In this document: one piece after another, positions 38,200 through 48,440 of the stretch
Layout of the letters: each line of letters opens with the position of its first letter
Position numbering within the stretch: position 1 is the first letter of the stretch
Assembly: GCA_036559805.1 (NCBI GenBank)
Contig: DATBSL010000245.1
Location: 1-49,956 of the forward strand
DNA length: 49,956 nt
Direction: 5' to 3'
Source of the DNA: Vicinamibacteria bacterium
Lineage (GTDB): Bacteria > Acidobacteriota > Vicinamibacteria > Fen-336
Program-made: the position numbers and the translations under genes
Notes under the pieces: generated by a model
What the model was told of the DNA's origin: nothing
The model's input: the letters and a program-made list of their open reading frames with translations, nothing else
The model's database searches: none

Positions 38200-40332
38200 T
38201 CATGGCCGCGGGGCGCTCAGCTCGATGATCCACACCGCGCCCGACGCCTCGAGGCGCTCGTAGGCGACGAGGTCGCCGGCGGGCGACCAGGCGGGCGTGC
38301 GCACGGCGTCCCGCACGCGTCCGTGGTCCGTGAGCCGCCGCTCCTCACCGCTCTCGACGTCCATCCAGTAGACGTTCCAGAGCCCGTCGCGGCGGGCGGC
38401 GTACAGGACGCGCCTGCCGTCGGGCGACCAGTCGTGGACCCAGTGCTGGCCTGGCAGGCGGCTGATGGCGCGCGCCGCGCCGCCGTCCGCGGACAGCAGC
38501 CCGACCTGGGTGTCGTTGCCGCGGAACATCTCCACCGCGAGCGTCCTGCCGTCGGGGCTCGGGACGGGCCAGCCCACGCCCTGCGGGTCGCGGGTGAGCA
38601 CGCGAGCCTCGCCGCCGTCGAGGCGCGAGCGCGAGACGTTGAGGATTCCGTCCGTGACCGCGTGATAGACGACTTCGCGGCCGGGCGGCAGCAAGCGCGC
38701 CCAGCCCATGGCCTCGGCGCGCGCCAGGCGCTCGCGCGGGCTGCCCGCGAGCGGCGCGCGGGCGAGCGCCTTGGTGTCCCGGCCACGACCCGTCACGAGC
38801 AGCGCATCGCCGCCGGGGAACCATCCGTTGAGCTGGCTCAAGTCGGCGCTCGGCAGGAGCGGGCGCGCGGACTTCCTGCCCACGTCGAGCCCCCAGATCT
38901 CGAGGCCCTGGCCCGGCTGAAACCGGGCGAAGGCGAGCGTGCGTCCGTCGGGAGAAAAGTGAAGCTGCGACTTGCGCCCGGTGGCTACGGGCCAGGGCTC
39001 CGAGGGAGCACCGGCCGGCCCGCCGTCCGCGTCGAGCGCGACGAGCGTCAGCTCCGACGCCAGCGAGGTGAGGCCGCAGGCGAGCCGTCCGTCCCGCGAC
39101 ATGGCGAGGTAGCGCGCCGCCTGGTCACCGGTGTTGAGGAGCTCGCTGCGCTCGCCGGCCGGCTGGTTCGGTCCGGGGAGCGGGGCGGTCCAGATGTGCC
39201 AATTGCCACGCTCCCAGCCGGTCCAGAAGATGCGGCGGCCGTCCCGCGAGAGGGCGACGTCGACCGACGCGCCGCTCGCCACGAGCCGGAGCGCGCGCCG
39301 CTCGAGGCTCGCCGCCCAGACGCCCCCTTCTGCCGCGAACAGCACCTCGTGGCCGTCGGGAGAGAAGACCGGCGGACCGTGTCCGCTGGGCGGCTGGCCG
39401 GGCTCGGTGAGCCGTCGCGCTTCCGAGGCGCCTTCGCCAGGGGCATCCAGGACCCACAGCGCGGCGCTGTACTGGCTCACGCCGTCGAGCGACGCGAGGC
39501 CGAGCGACGAAAAGGCGATCCGGCTGCCGTCGGGGGACCAGGCGGGCGCCGAGCCGTACTCCGAGATCTGCCGGGGCGGCCCGCCGAGCGCCGGCACCAG
39601 CCAGAGCCCGCCGCGCCTGATGGAGTGATAGGCGATGTAGCGTCCGTCGGGAGACCACGCGGGCTGCACGTTGTCCTGGCCGTCGCTGGTCACCGGCGTC
39701 TCGCGCGCGCCGGGGACGAGCGGGCGCAGGTAGATCTCCAGTCGGCCCGAGCGGTCCGACGCGTAGGCGAGCGTGCTGCCGTCCGGCGAAAAGGCGGGGA
39801 ATCCGTTGAAGCCGCGCGAGGTGCTGACGAGCGTCCGATGCAGCTCGCGGATGCGCGGAGGCGATTCGGAGTCGCGGGGGCGCAGCGTCCAGCGTGTGGC
39901 GAGAAAGACGAGCGCGACCGCGGCGAGAGCCGCGACCGCCAGGGAGCCGGACGGCAGTCGTCGCCGCGGCGCAGACGGCGGGGCCGCCAGGCCCGCATGC
40001 GGCTCTCCGCCTCCCTCGGCGACCTGCACCTCGGGGCGGAATCGATAGCCCCGCGTGGGCACGGTCTCGACGTAACGCGCCTCGCGCGCGTCGTCGTCGA
40101 GCGCTTTCCGGAGCTGGGCCACCGCCCGTGTCAAGGAGCTCTCCGACACGGACGCGTCGCTCCAGATCGCCGCCTGCAGCTCCGGCTTCTCTACGAGACG
40201 TCCACGATGCTGGACGAGGTAGCCGAGAAGCTCCAGGACCTTGGGCTCGAGGTGAACGGGCTGCCCGTCGCGAGTGAGCCGAAAGGCCTCGAGGTCGAGG
40301 ACGACGTCGTCGAAGCGGAAGCAGGATCTCAC
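38200..40332 (-). CDS. Membrane-bound winged-helix (OmpR/CadC-type) transcriptional regulator with periplasmic TolB-like PD40 beta-propeller(s)
   Basis: N-terminal 'FRFDDVVLDLEAFRLTRDGQPVHLEPKVLELLGYLV..VETVPTRGYRF' (Trans_reg_C). One TM 'LAVAALAAVALVFLA'. At least 10 PD40-like repeats ('FSPDGSTLAY', 'WSPDGRYIAY', 'WSPDGSRIAF', 'FSPDGRTLAF', 'WSPDGRRVLY' and others). GTG 40332 is the only in-frame start after the upstream stop. Confidence 0.85.
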   Translation of the reverse strand: MRSCFRFDDVVLDLEAFRLTRDGQPVHLEPKVLELLGYLVQHRGRLVEKPELQAAIWSDASVSESSLTRAVAQLRKALDDDAREARYVETVPTRGYRFRPEVQVAEGGGEPHAGLAAPPSAPRRRLPSGSLAVAALAAVALVFLATRWTLRPRDSESPPRIRELHRTLVSTSRGFNGFPAFSPDGSTLAYASDRSGRLEIYLRPLVPGARETPVTSDGQDNVQPAWSPDGRYIAYHSIRRGGLWLVPALGGPPRQISEYGSAPAWSPDGSRIAFSSLGLASLDGVSQYSAALWVLDAPGEGASEARRLTEPGQPPSGHGPPVFSPDGHEVLFAAEGGVWAASLERRALRLVASGASVDVALSRDGRRIFWTGWERGNWHIWTAPLPGPNQPAGERSELLNTGDQAARYLAMSRDGRLACGLTSLASELTLVALDADGGPAGAPSEPWPVATGRKSQLHFSPDGRTLAFARFQPGQGLEIWGLDVGRKSARPLLPSADLSQLNGWFPGGDALLVTGRGRDTKALARAPLAGSPRERLARAEAMGWARLLPPGREVVYHAVTDGILNVSRSRLDGGEARVLTRDPQGVGWPVPSPDGRTLAVEMFRGNDTQVGLLSADGGAARAISRLPGQHWVHDWSPDGRRVLYAARRDGLWNVYWMDVESGEERRLTDHGRVRDAVRTPAWSPAGDLVAYERLEASGAVWIIELSAPRP

Positions 40333-40432
40333 TCCTACGCAACGACGTTGCGAGGCCTTCGGAAGTTCGAAGGCGGGAAGAACCTCCGAGGTTCGTCACG
40401 ACTCCCTCCGGGCCCGGGCCGACCTTGGTCGC

Positions 40433-41260
40433 GTGCGCTGGATCCAGTCGCTGGCGTTGCTTCTCGGCGGTCCCGGGCTGGCCGTGGCCGCGCCCGGCGA
40501 CGAGGTCGTTCCGTTTCGAGAGGCCTGGGGCTGGGCCGTGGTGGTGCCCGTCAGGGTGGCCGGCTCGGAAGTCCACGAGTTCCTGCTCGACACCGGCACG
40601 ACGTCCACGATCCTGGAGCCGGAGCTCGCGGCCGAGGTCGGGGTCGTCCCGTTCGCGCGCACGAGTCTCGTCACGCCGGCGGGGAGGCGTCCCGCCGGCG
40701 TGGGGCGCGTGGACCTCGCCCTCGGCAGCGCGCGGCTCGCGGCGGTCGAGGTCGTGATCGCGGAGCTGCCGGCGATTCGTTCGGACGAGCGTGGAGTCCG
40801 AGGGATCCTGGGCCAGTCCGCTCTCGCCAGCCTCGAATACACGATCGATCACGCGCGCCGGCGCCTCGTGGTGCATCGAATGCACCCTGGAGCCGCGAGC
40901 GGCGAGGAAGCGGCGGCGAGGCCTGCCCTGGACGTGCGCCTCGGCTGCGGCAAAGTCGCGACGCGGCTGATAGTGGACTCAGGGGTTGCGACGCCCGTGC
41001 TGTTCGGGGCCCGCGACAGAGTGCTCGAGGTCGAGTCGGGCAGGCTCGTCCATGCCGAGACGAACGCGGGCGACATGCTGTGGCGCGAAGCGCGGGTGTC
41101 GTCAGTGTGCATCGCCGGGTGGCGATCGGGCCCGCTGCACGTCGCGGTTCGACCTGACGACGGGAGCGCCCGCAGCGAAGGCGGTCTGCTGCCGACTCGG
41201 TACTTTGCGCGTATCCGCTTCGGCCCGCGAGGCGCGATCCTCGGGTTCAGGCACTGGTAG
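40433..41260 (+). CDS. Secreted retropepsin-like (clan AA) aspartic protease with two D[TS]G lobes in one chain
   Basis: GTG 40433 gives the signal peptide 'RWIQSLALLLGGPGLAVAAP'. 'FLLDTGTTSTIL' (Asp codon 40589-40591) and 'LIVDSGVATPVLF' (Asp codon 40976-40978). 'GILGQSAL' flap/dimer-like motif after lobe 1. Confidence 0.7.
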   Translation: MRWIQSLALLLGGPGLAVAAPGDEVVPFREAWGWAVVVPVRVAGSEVHEFLLDTGTTSTILEPELAAEVGVVPFARTSLVTPAGRRPAGVGRVDLALGSARLAAVEVVIAELPAIRSDERGVRGILGQSALASLEYTIDHARRRLVVHRMHPGAASGEEAAARPALDVRLGCGKVATRLIVDSGVATPVLFGARDRVLEVESGRLVHAETNAGDMLWREARVSSVCIAGWRSGPLHVAVRPDDGSARSEGGLLPTRYFARIRFGPRGAILGFRHW

Positions 41261-41362
41261 TCCGGACGTCCGCCCTCGCTGGCCTTCTCCCGCTGGCGTG
41301 TCCTGCCGCCAGAGCTCGGATCGCCGCTCGGGTGCGGCGTTCTCGGCTAGCATCTCGATCTG

Positions 41363-43021
41363 ATGAATTGGCCCGGCGGCCGCCGCCTGTTCGCGGACGT
41401 GTCGCTCGGCGTCCTGGTGCCGCTCGGCCTGGCGCGCGTGGCTCCACTGGTGGATCGCTTTCCGAGCCTGGGCCTCTTCCGGGGATCGCTGGGCATCGTG
41501 CTCGTGGCCGTCGCCTTGTGCCTGCTCCTGGGCCGCCGCGCCGCGGGCTGGCTGCCGCGGTGGAGCTCTGCGCTGTCGAGAGCGCCCCTGTGGCTGGCGT
41601 GGGTGATCGCCGCCGCGCTTTTCGTGGGCGTCGGGCTTCACTACGCCGCCGGGCTGCAGGTTTCAGGTGACGAGCCGCACTACCTGGTGATGGCCCAGAG
41701 CCTGTGGCGGGACCACGACCTCGAGCTGCGCGACGAGTACGACGGAGAAGAGTGGGCCGAGTTCGTCCCGGGTCCGCTGCGCCCACACTGGGGCGCGCCG
41801 CGTGCCGACGGCCGGCCGTTCCCGGCACACAGCCCGGGCCTGCCCCTGCTGCTGGCGCCAGCGTACGCCCTTCTCGGCCGCGAAGGGTGCGTCATGCTGA
41901 TGGCGCTCGTCGCTTCCGCGGCAGCGCTCGTCGGCCGCCAGCTCGCCTTCCAGCTCACGAGGGATGCCGAGGCATCCCTCGTAGCGTGGCTCGCCCTGGT
42001 CGGGCCGCCGCTCTTCTACTATTCGTTTCACCTCTACACGGAAGCGCCGTCGGCGCTCGCGGCGGGCGGCTCGCTGCTCTTGCTGCTCGGCGCGCCCCGT
42101 CCCGCGGCGGCCGCGCTCGCGGCCCTCGCGGCTTCGGCACTTCCCTGGCTGCACCTGAAGATGGTCCCGGCGGCGGCGGCGCTCGGCCTGGTGGCGCTCG
42201 CGCGATTGCGCGGGCGGGCGCTCGCCGCGTTCCTGCTCGTGGCGGGAGCGGCGGCGCTCGGCTTCGCCAGCTACTACTCCGGGGTCTTCGGCTCGCCGTC
42301 GCCGTTGGCTCTTTACGGAGGTCTTCCGCCGGATGCGCAGGTCGTGACGTGGCGGTCGCTCGCAGGGCTCCTGCTCGATCGCTCGTTCGGCCTGCTGCCG
42401 GCCGCTCCCGTCTTCCTGCTCGCGCTCGCGGGCCTGCCGCCCGTGCTGCAGCGGCGGGACGCGTGGCCCCACGCGCTACTGGCCCTGGCGATCCTGGCTC
42501 CGCTTCTCTCGTGGCGCATGTGGTGGGGAGGCCAGTGCCCGCCGGCGCGGTTTCTCGTGCCGATGCTGCCGTTTCTCGGCGCTGCGCTGGCGCTGCGGCT
42601 CACGCGGGGTCGCGCAGGCCTATGGCGATGGCTAGCGGGCCTTGGGCTGACCGGTGCGATCCTCGCAGGCCTGGCGGTCGCGGACCCGTCTGCGCGGCTG
42701 CTGCTGAATCGGGGAAACCGCCCGACTCGGCTCTGGGCCGCCCTCTCGGACGGAGTCGCCGTCGGAGACTACCTGCCCACGCTCACGCACGCTTCCGAGC
42801 GAGACACACGGCTTGCGCTCGTCTGGATCGGTGCGCTCGGCCTGCTGATCGTGCTCGACCGCCTGGCCGCGAGCCGGCCGCGAATCGACCGCCTGTTCTC
42901 GAGCTTCGCGCTGGCCGTAGCGGCGCTCCTGGCCGTGGGTCTCACGATCGACGTGGTCGTGGGGCCGCCGGTCGCCGCGGTTCTCCCGACGGCCGCACCC
43001 GACGAGCTGGGGAGCCCCTGA
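41363..43021 (+). CDS. Polytopic membrane protein, GT-C (ArnT/PMT-like) glycosyltransferase candidate
   Basis: 552 aa with many TM helices. The first extracytoplasmic loop carries 'SGDEPHYLVMAQSL', resembling the acidic DE motif of GT-C enzymes. High GC3. Confidence 0.65.
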   Translation: MNWPGGRRLFADVSLGVLVPLGLARVAPLVDRFPSLGLFRGSLGIVLVAVALCLLLGRRAAGWLPRWSSALSRAPLWLAWVIAAALFVGVGLHYAAGLQVSGDEPHYLVMAQSLWRDHDLELRDEYDGEEWAEFVPGPLRPHWGAPRADGRPFPAHSPGLPLLLAPAYALLGREGCVMLMALVASAAALVGRQLAFQLTRDAEASLVAWLALVGPPLFYYSFHLYTEAPSALAAGGSLLLLLGAPRPAAAALAALAASALPWLHLKMVPAAAALGLVALARLRGRALAAFLLVAGAAALGFASYYSGVFGSPSPLALYGGLPPDAQVVTWRSLAGLLLDRSFGLLPAAPVFLLALAGLPPVLQRRDAWPHALLALAILAPLLSWRMWWGGQCPPARFLVPMLPFLGAALALRLTRGRAGLWRWLAGLGLTGAILAGLAVADPSARLLLNRGNRPTRLWAALSDGVAVGDYLPTLTHASERDTRLALVWIGALGLLIVLDRLAASRPRIDRLFSSFALAVAALLAVGLTIDVVVGPPVAAVLPTAAPDELGSP

Positions 43022-43148
43022 TCCGGAACGGGCTCACTCGGGGTTGACAGCACTGGACTCAACTCGGGGCGCCCCGAGAGTTGCACTCTGGATCCCGTCG
43101 CTCAAACGAACCTGCCCGGAGGGGTAAGGCGGGAGTGGAGGGATTCTC

Positions 43149-43679
43149 ATGAACCGATTGCGATTCGTGCTTCTCGTTCTCACGACGATCGTCCTGGGCT
43201 CGGGCGCGCTGACGGCCGCCGGCGAGAACGCAGGCACCGTGGACCACCAGGCCGCATTCGACCGGCTGAAGTCCCTGGCGGGCAGCTGGAAGGGGCACCA
43301 CACGACACCGAACGGGCCGGAGATGGGCGTGGAGTACAGCCTGACGGGAAACGGAACGGCCCTGACGGAACGCCTGTTTGCCGGGACGCCCCACGAGATG
43401 CTCTCGGTCTACTACATGGAGCGCGGCGAGCTGGTGCTGACGCACTACTGCGCGATGGGCAACCAGCCCCGGATGCGGCTCGTGGCGGGCGGCATGGCCG
43501 GGGAGCTTCGCTTCGACTTCGTCGGTGGCGCCAACCTCGACGCCGCCACGACCACGCACATCCACGGCGGACGCATCACGACGCCGGCCCCCGACCGCTT
43601 CGACGCGGACTGGTTCGTCTGGACCGACGGCAAGCAGACCGACACGCACCGCCTGTTCATGAAGCGCGTCGCGAAATAG
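43149..43679 (+). CDS. Secreted hypothetical protein (176 aa)
   Basis: Signal peptide 'MNRLRFVLLVLTTIVLGSGALTAAG'. GGAGGG-type SD upstream. Protein-like composition ('LAGSWKGHH', 'LVLTHYCAMGNQPRM'). Family not confidently recognised. Confidence 0.65.
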   Translation: MNRLRFVLLVLTTIVLGSGALTAAGENAGTVDHQAAFDRLKSLAGSWKGHHTTPNGPEMGVEYSLTGNGTALTERLFAGTPHEMLSVYYMERGELVLTHYCAMGNQPRMRLVAGGMAGELRFDFVGGANLDAATTTHIHGGRITTPAPDRFDADWFVWTDGKQTDTHRLFMKRVAK

Positions 43680-43838
43680 GCAACGGACTCGGAGCGGAGC
43701 GCGATTCACCCCCCGCTAGCAGAGGAGGGCTACAGGTGCGATGCAGCACCCCTGGTAGGCAACGGACTTGGAGCGGAGCGCGATTCACTCGCGCGTAGCG
43801 GAAGGGGGGTCTGGGGGGTGCGACGCAGCACCCCCCAG
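43677..43838 (+). repeat. Two tandem type I intergenic repeat units (79-nt period) between convergent genes
   Basis: TAGGCAACGGACT[C/T]GGAGCGGAGCGCGATTCAC occurs at 43677-43709 and 43756-43788. Unit B has hairpins GCGCGA-ttcac-TCGCGC (43778-43794) and CTGGGGGGTGC-gacgca-GCACCCCCCAG (43811-43838). In unit A both hairpins are decayed. Confidence 0.85.
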
Positions 43839-43845
43839 AAAAGAA

Positions 43846-46284
<2,439 letters not shown>

Positions 46285-46294
46285 TTCGCCTCCT

Positions 46295-46747
46295 TCAGTC
46301 GCGCGCGCCGGTGCGCAGCGTGACGCTCGCGAGCTCCTTCTGCAGCCGCGCGAAGGCCTTGGCTTCGCGCTCGTAGTGAACCTGGTTCTCGGCCTGCTCC
46401 TGGCAGTCGCGGCACTTCACCGCGAAGGGGAGCGCCCGCAGGCGCGCCTCGGCGATCTCCTGCTCGCACTCCTGGCAGCGGCCGTAGCTGCCGTCCTCGA
46501 GGCGCTGGATCGCCTGGTCGATCTTCTTGAGCGTCTCGGTCTTCATCTGCATCAGGGCGAGGTCGACTTCCTGCACGAAGTCGTCGACGCTCTGCTCCTC
46601 GGCGTCGCGCACTTCGTGGTGGGCGTCGAGCGGGATCGCCTCGCGCAGCGAGCGCAGCTTCTCGTGGATCTCCCGCCTGCGGTCTTCGAGCATGCCCTTC
46701 AGCAGCAGGTAGCGCTCGCGGTCGATTCGTTCGTTCTTTCGTGTCAT
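46295..46747 (-). CDS. DksA/TraR family C4-type zinc-finger protein
   Basis: 'CQECEQEI..(17 aa)..CRDCQ' four-Cys finger, preceded by a coiled-coil region. ATG 46747 is preceded by GAAGGA. The track start at 46792 would abut the htrA stop and lacks an SD. Confidence 0.8.
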   Translation of the reverse strand: MTRKNERIDRERYLLLKGMLEDRRREIHEKLRSLREAIPLDAHHEVRDAEEQSVDDFVQEVDLALMQMKTETLKKIDQAIQRLEDGSYGRCQECEQEIAEARLRALPFAVKCRDCQEQAENQVHYEREAKAFARLQKELASVTLRTGARD

Positions 46748-46788
46748 GTGATCCTTCTTTTCGAGGTGAGGTTCCGCCTTGGGCCGCG

Positions 46789-48309
46789 TCACTGGAGCCT
46801 CAGCGCGATCATGCGGTAGCCCTCGATCTGCGGGTTGTAGACGCGCAGCCGGGCGCGGCCCGCGGGCCGCGCGGCGGCGATCGCCTGCTCGAAAGCGGCG
46901 GTGCCGCCGACCGGCTGCCCGTTCACGGTGACGATCACGTCGCCGCGGCGCAGGCCCGAGTCCTCGGCCACCTCGCCCGCTTCCACGTCCATCACCACCA
47001 CACCGTGAGTCTCGCGCGGCAGCCCGAAGCGCTCGGCCATCGCCGGTGTCAGGTCGCGCAGCGTCATCCCCAGGCTGGCGTGGCCGGGCTCGCCGGCGCT
47101 ATCCTCGGCCGGCTGGTCCGGGAACGTGCCGAGCGTCACGCTCACGCTCTTGCGGTCCTTGCCGCGCAGCAGGTCCAGCTTGACGGTGGATCCAGGGGAG
47201 AGCGAGGCGATGTAGCGGGAGAGATCGCCGTTGTCACGAATCGTGCGGCCGTCCGCCTGCAGGATCGCGTCCTCCGGCTGGAGCCCGGCCTTGTCGGCGG
47301 GTGAGCCGTCGTTGACGGAGTTCACGAGCGCGCCCTTCGCCTCGTCGAGACCGTAGGTCGCGGCCAGGTCCTCGGTCATCGGGCCGATCGTGACGCCCAT
47401 CCAGCCGCGCACGACCTTCCCCTTGTCCCGCAGCTGGGGAATGATGTCCTTGGCGACGTTGATCGGCACCGAGAATCCGACGCCCGCGCTCGCGGCCGCG
47501 CCGTTCGTGACGATCATCGTGTTGATCCCGACCACCTCGCCGCGGGTGTTGATCAGCGGCCCGCCCGAGTTGCCCGGGTTGATCGCGGCGTCGGTCTGGA
47601 TCATCTCGACCGACGTGTTGCGAACGCCGAGCTCGAGGTCGCGTCCCTTGAACGACACGACACCCACCGAGACGCTGTTGCCGCCGCTCGTCGAGAGCCC
47701 GAACGGGTTCCCGACCGCCATCACCCACTCGCCGACCTCGACCTGGTCGGAGTTGCCGAGAGGGATCGGCATGAGCTTGCCCTTGGGCTCGATCTTGATC
47801 AGCGCCACGTCGGTGCGCGCGTCCTGGCCGACGATCTTCGCGTCGAAGCGCTTGCCGTCCGGGAAGCTGACGTTGATCTCGTCCGCGCCCTCGATTACGT
47901 GCCGGTTGGTCAGGATGTAGCCGTTGTCGTCGATCACGAAGCCCGAGCCGAGGCTCGTGCGCGTGCGGCTCTCGCCGCGGCCGCCGCGCTCGCCCTCGGG
48001 CGAGGGAGGGAAGAAGCGCTCGCTGTCGTCGCCCTGTCCGAAGAAGTCGCGGAACGGATCGCGGCTGCGGGGCAGCCGGACCGTCTTGCTGGTGTTGATG
48101 TTGACGACGCCAGGGTTGGTCGTCCGCGCGATGTCGCGGAACGTCTCGAGGCCCAGCACGTTGCCCGCGCCCGCGCGGCTCTGCCCCTCGGCTGTGTTCG
48201 CGACGGCCGGCTCCGGTCGGCGGACTTGTGAAGTGACGAGGGCCCCCACCAGGGTCGCGGCCATCGCGACCGAGAAGAACGAGCCGATCGTCAGCGTGCG
48301 CGGTTTCAT
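46789..48309 (-). CDS. htrA: Periplasmic serine endoprotease DegP/HtrA family (two PDZ domains)
   Basis: Signal/TM 'IGSFFSVAMAATLVGALV'. Catalytic His 'TNRHV', Asp 'DVALIK', Ser 'GNSGGPL'. Two PDZ domains. GGAGG lies 10 nt upstream of the ATG. Confidence 0.92.
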   Translation of the reverse strand: MKPRTLTIGSFFSVAMAATLVGALVTSQVRRPEPAVANTAEGQSRAGAGNVLGLETFRDIARTTNPGVVNINTSKTVRLPRSRDPFRDFFGQGDDSERFFPPSPEGERGGRGESRTRTSLGSGFVIDDNGYILTNRHVIEGADEINVSFPDGKRFDAKIVGQDARTDVALIKIEPKGKLMPIPLGNSDQVEVGEWVMAVGNPFGLSTSGGNSVSVGVVSFKGRDLELGVRNTSVEMIQTDAAINPGNSGGPLINTRGEVVGINTMIVTNGAAASAGVGFSVPINVAKDIIPQLRDKGKVVRGWMGVTIGPMTEDLAATYGLDEAKGALVNSVNDGSPADKAGLQPEDAILQADGRTIRDNGDLSRYIASLSPGSTVKLDLLRGKDRKSVSVTLGTFPDQPAEDSAGEPGHASLGMTLRDLTPAMAERFGLPRETHGVVVMDVEAGEVAEDSGLRRGDVIVTVNGQPVGGTAAFEQAIAAARPAGRARLRVYNPQIEGYRMIALRLQ

Positions 48310-48417
48310 CGAGTCCCAACCTCCGCGGCGAGGTCGCTTCCCCCGCCTGAACTACGTCCGGCGCCCTCTGGGCCTTCCCGACGGGCCCTCAGAAGCCGCA
48401 CAGTATAGCCTGGATCC

Positions 48418-48433
48418 AGCAATCTCCGTGCCC
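48418..48433 (-). promoter_or_regulatory. Sigma54 (-24/-12) promoter candidate upstream of htrA
   Basis: The minus strand reads gGGCACGgagaTTGCt. GG (48432-48431) and GC (48420-48419) are separated by exactly 10 nt, which matches the TGGCACG-N4-TTGCW core except for the first T. It lies about 110 nt upstream of the htrA ATG. Caveat: it sits at the edge of a repeat-derived sequence. Confidence 0.45.
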
Positions 48434-48440
48434 CGACCGT

